Shown here one piece after another: positions 1 to 9,859 of a DNA stretch of 48,676 bases (position 1 is its first letter; each line of letters starts with the position of its first letter). The notes under the pieces were generated by a model. The model saw only the letters and a program-made list of their open reading frames with translations, did not search any database and was not told the origin of the DNA. Source of the stretch: Polymyxa betae A26-41 (lineage: Eukaryota; Protista; Endomyxa: Phytomyxea); assembly GCA_003693705.1 (NCBI GenBank), contig RBZT01000842.1, forward strand, positions 1-48,676. Direction: 5' to 3'. Made by a program: the position numbers and the translations under genes.

Positions 1-1243
1 CATCTGCATTTAAGAGAAAAAAATCAGCAAAGGAAGGCCCAGCTTTGACCAAAGAACTCAATCGTGGCCGCGACTTGATCGCAAACTGGATTATTTTTGA
101 ACGAAACTTATTTGCTCCTGGGCAGTATGGGAATCCTTTCGAGGCTTTGTATCATATATTGCAAGACGTTCCGGCCGTTTTGCAGCCCAGTGTGATTTCT
201 AAAGCACAGGTACATATATGCGTACGACATGTTGGCCTGGTTGGTAATTTGAGTGATAGAAAAGTTTGATCTGTTCGAACGGACACGTTTTGAAGGTCGT
301 TGATCTGAATTTGCCAATTTTGGTAAAACAACAAACCCCAACGATATTGCTAACGACTAAGTGTCATACAGCACATCACGGATAGTATGATTTCCAGCAG
401 CGGATCAATGTCTTTGCAGACAATTCTTGAAAAGCTAGCAGGTTCGGAAGGTGCTCAGTTCAGATTAGCAAGAAGCTGCAAGGATGAAGGATGCAATGAG
501 GTGAATATACACTTAAATTTGAAACTTGCCCCGTTGTCGCTATGTAACTGAACGTTAACCAGGAGCTTGATGAGTACATCAAGATTGTAAATCTTCCATC
601 TAATGTCTTGTTCATTGAGCTTGGACAGAGTGATGATCAGATGGAAAAACGATTGGGTACCATCGATTCGGGCAAAATTAATTGCCCTCAGAGAATCAGA
701 GTCAACGACAATGACAGGATATTCACTGGAAGAATTAGTTCAACCAGTCAAGAAGGCAGTCACTTTACCACCCATGTTCAGCGATTGAACGGACGAATGT
801 CTGGTGGATACTATTATTTCGATGATCTTCACAATCAAGGAAGAGCGACACATGTTGACATGGATCTCTAGTTCCGGAAGTGGTCATATTACTTGGTGTA
901 TACCAAAAGCAGCGACACAATGTAACGAGAATGCACATCGTCAGATGCACAATGAATACAGCATGAGAATATACAGCTGAAAGTATTATCCTAAGCTAGA
1001 CTGTCTAGTAGTTCGCTAAAATAGTTAGTGTCTAGCAAGCGCAGCCCACCATACAATTGTCGGGAGGCTGCGCTCAGCCTGTCTACCTAGGGTTTTTGCG
1101 CCAGTGTCAAGCCTGTCTACCTAATTCTGTAGCCCACCATTAAAAAGGTAGACAGGAAGAGGTAGGCACCCTCGCATTTCTCTGCCTGTCTACCTTGTGC
1201 CTGTCTACCTTTTTCTGTAGGCCCATATTTAATTGCACGCCTA
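1..1243. mobile_element. Right end of a probable hAT-type DNA transposon relic (left part outside the window)
   Basis: Five copies of GCCTGTCTACCT (1077, 1111, 1184, 1199; inverted core AGGTAGACAGG at 1146) precede TGCACGCCTA at 1234-1243 (reverse complement TAGGCGTGCA, a hAT-like TAGG terminus). The upstream coding content is too decayed to call firmly; the + strand has weak hAT-like scraps (LIANWII, ELDEYI). Confidence 0.45.
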
Positions 1244-1911
1244 ACTAAGGGCAAATGAGCCATCGCCGGCGTTTTTTGGAAAAACCCCGTGGTGTCTATA
1301 ATATAGACACTATGGAAATCAGGGCTAAGGTTGTGAGTAACTCGAATTGAAAAACCTGTAGTGCAAACTTTGGTCGATTATGGTCTAAGGATTCTTAATC
1401 GTAAGGGCTTGGATTTGGAACGGTTTTCGACTAGTACCTAATTAAATATTACTAAGAATGGAATACTGGACCGGACATCTGAATCCTTCAAATAGTGCCA
1501 ATTCGCAAATTGATCAGAAAAGTCCGTCTTTAATATTTTGTAAAATCGTACGCATTCTCATAAACTGCGCCGTCATTTTCGTAGATTCTATTTTGCAGAT
1601 ATTTGCCGAGACGAAGGCAAATTTCCAACAATAGACAATTTTCGCAACATCGTTCATACATAGAAATAATACATAGATTCTCGGCACACAGACTTCCAGG
1701 CACAGTTTGGCAGGCCGCGTCTATAGATGGTTTCTGTATCTGAACGCAGAATCCCAGAAATCTGTATATCCTGCTCATCACAGAGTGTTTCTTCATTCTC
1801 AGGGGCTACGCAAAGGAACGAACATCGACCTAGATTTACATTTGCTCTTATTAATAGTTATTACACATCTACGACAATGAAATCCCAAACGTGTGATAGA
1901 CAGTAGACTAA

Positions 1912-2052
1912 TGTGACGAATTCTGCTCAAAATAAAGATGATTTTTATATATCCAAATCCATGAATCAGAATTCAAAGCATACAAAGAGCTGATTGATTC
2001 ACCACCAGTCATTCGAGCCACTGTAACATTACTGAGTGGCCAGGTCGTCACA
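1912..2052 (-). repeat. 3' LTR of gypsy element 1 (141 bp)
   Basis: Bounded by the inverted termini TGTGACG...CGTCACA and directly preceded on the minus strand by the polypurine tract GAAGGAAGGCGG (2053-2064). No second copy in the window. Confidence 0.75.
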
Positions 2053-2096
2053 CCGCCTTCCTTCGAGACAAGTTTTGGAAAAACTTGTGTTGCGGA

Positions 2097-4208
2097 TTAA
2101 TGATGAATGTTGGATTCTGGTAGAAGATTGGCCCAAATGAAAGGAGCAATTGGGTGGTTCGGCGAGTTGTCCAGGAAATCGCGTATCGCCTGCGGATTTT
2201 CAATTTTAACACTGAAATCAGGGCACCATGAATTCTCGGTGTCATGAAATCTCTTCCATTTAATTAGGTATTCAAGGTCTGTATTCGTCGAATCTAAACG
2301 AACATCACAATTTTTTTCGATATGTCGAGGAGCGCTATCAAATGCGAACTGAGTAATAATTTCCTCAATGACGTTTAAATGTTTGTCCGAATAAAGTTGA
2401 AGTCGGTCACCATGGACCTGATTTATTTCATGTGTGAGTAAATTCTCAACGGAAAAAACATAATATGGATGAAGGTCGACGACCCTGTAAGGACCTTGCC
2501 AAGTTAGAGCCAATTTATGAATTGCTCGTTTTTCTGGAACCGCGCGTAAGACGTAATCACCTATACCGAAATTAGGAATGGTCCGATTGCGAGAATAATA
2601 TTCCCGTTGCTTAGAGCGCTGTCTTTCCGTAATGTGGAAGACATTTTTATGCATAAACGCAAGGCTCTGCTGGAGTTTTTCAACAGTTTCAGAGATTTGC
2701 TGAGTTGATAGTTGGATCGGGCTAATGGTCCAGACTTTCGGATTGAAAAAAATTGCGTCCAATGGATTATCGGCGGGTAATCCCGTCATGACAGTAATTG
2801 GAGCTCTATCTCCTAAACGTTTTTGTGGCCGGTGATTGATTGTATGCTCAACGAGTTTTATAAGCCATGGCCAATCATTCATTTCCCAACGCAATTCCGA
2901 AATAAGGGCTCGTAATAAATTTAATATTTCTCGGTTTATAATTTCAATACTTCCATTAGCATAATGTGCATAAGCAGTCACAAAGTGCTGCTCAATTCCT
3001 AACCGTTTTGAAAGATTTCGCATAGTCTCAGCCATGAAATAAGCGGCTTGGTCTGATACAAATATATTGGGCCTTCCAAAAAGGGCTCTCCATTCAAGCA
3101 GTGTCTCAACGGTAATTTGCGTGTTCGGAGTGATAGCAAGCTTAAGTAAGACCATGCCTGAGAAATCGTCTCTAATAACAAATAGCCACTGATAATTAAT
3201 GGACTTTTCAAGTTTTGGGCAAATATATAAAAAATCAAAATGTAAAAATTGATTCGGTCTAGTACCATGACATGCCTCTCCGAGCGGGCGTGGGATTTGA
3301 TGTCCCTTTCGAGTCGGCGAACAAAACAGACAGGAAGAACAAATAAGTTTGATGTCTTCTGTCATTCCTACCCAAGTTGTAATGCTGTCTTGTAACCCAA
3401 ATGGCCACTTCGAGAGCCTGCATGTGCAATAATGCAAAGTCGAAATGTAAGGCCTTCGACATTGTCTAGGTATAAACACCCGACCATTAGAGTCAACCAA
3501 TAAACCCTCCGAATTCATCAGCAAATTGCTATTGGGAAAGTATAACTTTTGCTCTCTAGCAATCTCAGAGGTGTCTGGCCAGACAATATTTAGGAGCGGT
3601 TGTACTCTAATGTTAAAATCTGGGTCATAAATGGTAGGATTAATATGTTCGTCATGATGAACTATCGACCGTCTCAATGAGCGAATATGTGGAACGGGGT
3701 CTTTGTCATAATAACCTCCTCCCCAGCGTGAAATCAAATCTGCCCAATGATTAAGCTCACCTGGGATATGATGGATTACGTAATTGAAATCACGTAATTC
3801 TATTCCCCAGCGAATAAGACGCTCCGCTGATTGCTTGGAGCATTTCACCGTATTATACATGGAAAATAAATTTCGATGATCTGTAAATATGTGGAATGGT
3901 TTTGACATACGTAATAAGTAGTCAAGCTTTTTTATAGTATTTATAATGGCGAAAGCCTCTTTGTCAATTGTGGCCCAATTTAGCTCCGACCTATTGAAAC
4001 GGTGACCTACGAATCCTAAGGGTTCGTGGTGCTGCTCATGAAATGATTTCTTAAGATCCTCAATGGGTATTTGTGTAACAATACCGGAACTGCAAGCATA
4101 GCTTGCGTCACAAAAGACGCATTGAATCATGTCATCATTGGGATAACTTAATCTGACCGAATTAATAATAGCTGATTTTTGTCCGATTGTAGCGCTCCGC
4201 AATTCCAT
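2097..4208 (-). pseudogene. Gypsy pol remnant: RNase H, integrase, chromodomain
   Basis: FCDAS, HEPLGF, KEAFAI and FTDHRNL (RNase H); CSSCLFC, LHFDF, SDQ and NGSIE (integrase; part of the zinc finger is read out of frame); YLIKWKRFHDTENSW (chromodomain). Confidence 0.9.
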
Positions 4209-4236
4209 TCTGATGCTGTCGATACGGTGTTGAAAG

Positions 4237-5195
4237 TTATCTTAATGTTGGATTTAATAAATTAGCAAGGTCATTTGAAATCAAAGCCAAGTCAGCACCA
4301 CTATCGAGTACTGCGTCGCATGTTATGTTACTGCAGTCCAAAGTAACTTTAGCTATCGTTTGGCAATCAGCGTTAGCAATGCGAGCGATGATATAGTGAT
4401 AAGATTTAGGAGGTTTATAAGTGCCCTTATTAATTAAATGCTGAATACAGAGCTTCTTTTGCTATTCTGGGGATGGTTTTTCAGGACCGTTGTAATATGA
4501 TGCCCTTTCTTCTGGCACTGAAAGCAAATCATGTCGCTTTCTGACTTTGAATCCAGTTTCGGCTTCTTCGATTTTGTATTGCCTGCATTGCCCGAAAAAG
4601 ATCGTTTTGAAGAAAAAGATCGGAAACGGGAAGAATTCGGAACATCATAATGAAATATGGGCGTGTAATTTTCGACCTTTTCATAAAGAAGTGCAGATAA
4701 TTTAGTAGGATCACGTTTAATAGCCGGATTCCATTGAATGGCATTCATAACATCATTTTTAAATTTCCAAGGTAAAAGAGCATCAACAATAGCGCGAACA
4801 TAATGTTTACGACCCTGTTCGCTCTCAAAAATAGACCCCCAATGGTTGTCATGAATAAGTATTTCACTGTTGATTAAATTCAAAATTCGGTCACGACGCG
4901 GTAACGTAAGGTCTATTTTTAAGCTTTTAGACACCGTCTCACCTATCGTATGAAGGGAATCCTTATCAGCTATGAGATAATCCTCAAAAGCTTCCAAAAG
5001 TAATTCATCAGTAAGATCATCAAGAATCACACCTGCAAGTTTCGTGTTAAGCACTGGGGGCGATCATCATTCTCATGGGCTGAATGGACAGTATGCAGCC
5101 GATACTTTACAAGACGCCTTTGTAATAAAGATAATCGTGCTTAAACGAAACGATCTCCTTTTTTCCAAGTATCTCCAACTTAATATTGATTTTGA
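4237..5195 (-). pseudogene. Gypsy gag and N-terminal half of the aspartic protease
   Basis: ORF 4434-5054 has CFQCQKKGH; hand translation of ~4240-4400 gives IIARIAN...DAVLDSGADLALIS; the upstream EIVSFKHDYLYY segment matches the gag N-region of gypsy element 2. Confidence 0.8.
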
Positions 5196-5315
5196 ATCTG
5201 CCGGGAGACGTCTGGCGGAAAGTGCGACGCACTTTTCGTTTGAACCCTCTCTTCCCCTCTCTCGTTTTCCTATAGATGAACAATAAACACTATAACTCTA
5301 TAAGGGAAAAGGGAT

Positions 5316-8300
5316 TATTGAGCTCTCTGACGTCGAGTTCGAGGCTGTGCTTGAGCAGAGGAGTCCTGTTCTGGACTCTGGCGTCGCTGCCGTCGTGCTC
5401 GCTCGCTTTGAGGCGTAAGCGATCGGCGACGACCTCTTTCTACCGCGTTGGTGAGGGTCTCTCTTTGGACGGACCCTCTAAACTAAACGGTCAGCAGTGT
5501 GCATTAAATCCGTGCAGGATCGTGTCCAAAGTCCTGCAGTTTGAAACGCAAGCAGTCACGCCGCAAATGATACATCGTGCGGTGGTCTGAGTGTTGCATA
5601 TAGGGCACCAGCGCCGGGTTCCGACATGCAGGATTTCATGGTAGACGTCCGTGCAAAGATGAGTCGCCCGTCCCACTGGTCCATTCAGCCAAGCAAAAAC
5701 GTTTCTTCCAGGAGGAGCTTGCGCTACGTTGCCATCGGCAGCGTTCACGCGTTCAGATGCAGAAGCACCTGTTCCCAGCTCAGCAACGTCCTGCATAGAG
5801 TAGATAAATGCCGGCGAAGGAGTCCAAGTTTCAGTGAACTTCTGAGGAAATCAGAGAAAGAAGATATGCGGTTCAGGCGCTGTTTCAACTGCTTGTATGT
5901 CGAGAAGTGAGCGAGCTCACTTTCAACTTGAAAAAGCCGGTTTATCATATGCGCGTTCATCAAAAAAACCATGATGAACCGGATATAGATGAACGCCCGA
6001 TGGGTCAATGACCGGAAGTCAATTTTGACATTTGCCAAATTTTAGAAACAATATTCTGGCCACCTTTGAAATGATTCCAGTGATCCACAGCAAATGGCAC
6101 GAAATCATGAGCTGGAGGCAACGGATTGCCCGTACGCTGTCGCCAGGATTCAAAAGCTTGCAGCAATTTGCTCCAGATTTTATCAGTGTGCAAATCCACA
6201 GCATCCCCAAATTCAGTAGGCCGAAGATCAACTAGATTAGGAGATTCCAAATCTGTAAAGTACTGCGAGTGCTCAGCACATTTGGTCTAGAGCATTGACG
6301 AAAACAACGCTCGACAATCTCGAGATACCTGGATCAGAAGTGAATATATCATGCTGCTGGTGTTCGCTACAACGAAGAGGCAATGATCAACGGAAGTGAC
6401 AGAACAATGATGCAGAACCTGGGATCTGTAGGCAGGAGTCCAGACCAATTTTCGAAACAAAGGATGATCGAATGATGTGACAAAAAGACGCTGTCCCAAA
6501 GTCGAGGTCAGAATAGAAGCTTCGTCTAAACGCCTGTGGGCATCTTCAGCAGATTGATGTGCTGTCATAGTTTTCAGCTCCAGAATACATACGAGCGCTT
6601 CTGATCCATCCGAACTTGAAAGATTCAAAACCATTACCCCGTCTATAGATGTTGCCATCAGATGGTCGTTAGTACCGTCCACTGACTTCTTTCGCAGCAA
6701 TCCCCGCTCTACAATATCACCCATAATGCGAAATCATTGGCCATGATCATCAAAGAATGCCGGCAGCGCGCGACGAATGTTCGATTCATTGACGCTTCAT
6801 AACTTCATATAAGAATTGGTGAAAGGCTTCATAAACCACTTCTCCATCAAACTGGCAGTCAAACGAACGTTACTACGAGGTAAGGTTTCGGTGGGCTCGA
6901 GCAGTCGCTCGATCAGATCCTTCTTGATTCCCCGAGAATTCCGATTCCTAGAGTTGCACAGTATCCGTAACTCTGACACCGTTTTGTGGTTTAAATCGTC
7001 TCGATTAAATGCAGGGAGATTTCTCCGTCCTGTGATTCCAATGATAGATAACAACTCCGGCTCGACGGGGGTATCGAACCGCTCAAAAACAGTTAGAAAG
7101 AACAGCGTGAGCAAATGTTGAGGTGATGGACCCGATCCGCAAAAAATGAAATTCAGCTCCGCCTTGGCTGCGTGTTAGACAATCAATGCATTGGTCAACC
7201 GTGGTTAGAATCATTGGATGGCCTGGTTCAGATACCGTGAATGTGCCAGCACGTTTCGGTCTGTGGACCCAGATGGCAGTCCTTGGTGCGGTTGAAAAAA
7301 GCATTGCGACTCTTCCTCGTCTACCAAATGTAGGCGATACCATACACCCATTTGTCAGCAAACTTCTTTCGAGCAACATATATGCTTTTAGCACCTTTGT
7401 CCATCACCAGACGACAGTTGCTGTGAGCTATACCACCGAAGGCAAAAGGCGCAGATTCGATGCGTTTAAATGTGTCAATTATGTGAAACCTTCGCGCACA
7501 GAACTACTCAATCAGTCCAGGAAGTAGGTAACCTCAATCAATATCAATCTTTTCATTAAGCCCTTGAACTTGTTCAGGAAGGCCAGCAGATTGCATCCAC
7601 ATCATGATAACCTTGACAATATCAGAATAACTTTCCTCTTTGCCCAGAAGTCTCATTCCAAGAACCGCAGAGGATACAACGGATACAGCATTACTGGAAA
7701 CATCGCCGAAAGCTTTCTTAGGGTTGTTAACCCTTGTGAAACCCATATCCTCCGACAGAGCAGAAGTCAGACGATACTGGTCGTCATCCAGAGCTATAGA
7801 CATTTCGCCACGAATATAAGCCAGTCTACATGAAGCAACGGTTACCGCCTGCTCCGTTGCCTGAACTCCTAAGTCAACCGCAAATGGACAATCCCACGAA
7901 CTGCCATTATCCGAATCTCTGCGAGCGTTCAAGCGCCTAATAATCTTCTGAAAAAAGTCTTTGTCAAATGAAGAAGCAATGGGGTACAGAGAACTTTTAG
8001 CATGATCAAACAAACGTGCTGGCGTTGGTTCGGTATATCGAGAGATACCTGTTAACCTAAAAATATGCTGCCAAATCGGTTCCTGCTCCAGGAAAGCTCT
8101 CTAAAAAGCCTCAGGTCTATTTTGGGTTTAGTGTTTAGGGTTGGCAACGTTACCTGATGGCAGCCCTTCTCGAACAGCACTAAGCAGGTTACCAGCAAGC
8201 GCAGATAGAAAATAGTTTACGATATCATAACATATAACCTCGGCGTTTCTGGACTTATTCAGAATCTGCCTCACATTGCGGCAGACGGCTGGAATTTCAC

Positions 8301-8471
8301 GAACAGCGTCTTCATAAAGCATCCCTCCTGCGATGTCGTTACAACTGAAAATTCGCCCATTTGAGCAGCTGCAACATAACTCCACTGAAAAGGATTATCC
8401 TCAGTATCGTCTTCCGAGATATCGGACGCTGAATAATCGTACGTATCGAAGAACTCCTCCAGAGACGCCAT
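5316..8471 (-). pseudogene. piggyBac-like DDD transposase with embedded SAP and YqaJ-like nuclease domains and a C-terminal Cys-rich domain
   Basis: Motifs in piggyBac order: SIALDDD (7780-7800), NNPKKAFG, IDID*GY (~7528-7548), HIIDTFKR, VAMLFST, then SAP (6896-6997), YqaJ-like GLL...ATSIDG...LELKT...YRSQ (6287-6724), WNHFKGGQN (~6053-6080), FLMNAHM and RWCPIC...CIICGVTAC (5491-5640). Broken by stops and frameshifts. Confidence 0.75.
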
Positions 8472-8482
8472 TGAATCAGTAA

Positions 8483-8992
8483 TAGGGCTCCGACCGGGTA
8501 CTAACGGGTCGGGTACCTGCCTCTATCCGGTACCCGTGACCCGTCCATACAAAATATTAAAAAAGGTTGCAAACAAACAAAAAATGATGGGACTTTTTTA
8601 TCTTTTTCAGATAGCACTTACCAAACATCAAAGAAGAGAAGGATTCTAGTTTCAAAGAATGTTGCCCAAGCCCAATCACGTCACGGCCGCAATTGAATTT
8701 TCGCTCGACAGCGAATGAAGAGCCCGGAATCAAATTAATCGACCAAATGTCTTTTGCCACAGCGCTGAGATTAGGAAACAGTTGAGCGTGTGCTTTTCAG
8801 TAGCCTAACGGATCAACTGCAGGATCCTCACATCGTAAATCGGTGTACTTATCCACGCACAGAAACAAAGTCCGTGCCTATCAAACTACCCGACGGGTAT
8901 TAGGGTCGGGTACCACCCCCTATCCGGTACCCGACCCGACCAGTACCCGACCCGGTTTTTCCGGGTACTACCCGTACCCGGTCGGAGCCCTA
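8483..8992 (-). mobile_element. Non-autonomous hAT element (510 bp)
   Basis: Perfect 19-bp TIR TAGGGCTCCGACCGGGTAC; 8-bp TSD ATCAGTAA (8475-8482 and 8993-9000); GGGTAC/GTACCC subterminal repeats; internal hAT dimerisation-domain remnant AKDIWS...IPGSSFAVERKFNCGRDVIG (8557-8775, minus). Confidence 0.95.
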
Positions 8993-9859
8993 ATCAGTAA
9001 GGAAGCGCTGTCAGCGACGACTAGGCCCAGAACGGGAATTTCGTGCAAACGTTTTTTGCGGGCTAGGGTTTAGGTCATTCCGAATATGACTGCAAAATTT
9101 CAGCGATTCTAGATTAATTGTTGAATTTATAGAATTGGTCAGAATTGGCCATTTTCCTGCTTTTAAATTAAAGTGTACAATAAACACATACGTGAAGTCT
9201 TCAAACTGTCCGTGAGTCGCCGATAGTTTTAGAAAATTAGCAGCGAAATTTTGCGCGAATTTGCGGGCTTTGGAAAGGTTGGTCGAACAGGTTTGGGGCC
9301 TGATCGGCGAAACAGTTTGGGGGCTGGAACTATACGAAAAACCAGCTGAGATGCATGCTTTCGATTCAAATGTTGAATCGGATTCGTATTTGGAGCTGTC
9401 TTATGATAGCGATGGACTTGAATCGGATCCTGAACCTCAGCCGGCAGGATTGCCGGCACCACCGAATCAGGATATCAAACCCGCTGCTGCCCGACAGGTC
9501 GTGGAAGCAGTTGAACTCAGCTCGCTGATGTCTATCCATGCAAGATATTTCAGTGAGTACAGTAAGGGCCGTTGAAACGTCACCCATCTAATTCCAAATA
9601 AGATCTGGCCATCGGTAATTGAGATTATTTTCCTATCTGAATAAAATGCTAACTAAACTTGGAGATTTACTCTGAGTATAAGAAATGTTTTCCCGAATGC
9701 TGTATTACCGAGAAGCAGTTGAAGGCTCATATCAGAGTCACCAAAAAGGAATTGAAAACTGGTCTCTCTGATGGAGACAGCGGAAATGTCGCTCTTCAAC
9801 CGGGCGAGTTCCTTGAGAAAATCATAAAACCAATGCCCACGCCAGTCGTAACGTATTAC

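Larger units (their letters stand above)
1912..5195 (-). mobile_element. Ty3/gypsy chromovirus-like LTR retrotransposon 1; 5'-truncated, RT deleted
   Basis: Order on the minus strand: gag with CCHC-type knuckle, protease (VLDSGA), RNase H, integrase, chromodomain, PPT, LTR. No RT motif between protease and RNase H, and no 5' LTR. Confidence 0.9.

Noticed and set aside
6287-7114. SAP-YqaJ as an independent phage recombinase or ISL2EU accessory gene
   Set aside because: It is in frame with the downstream piggyBac D3 segment, lies between piggyBac motifs and has no boundaries of its own.
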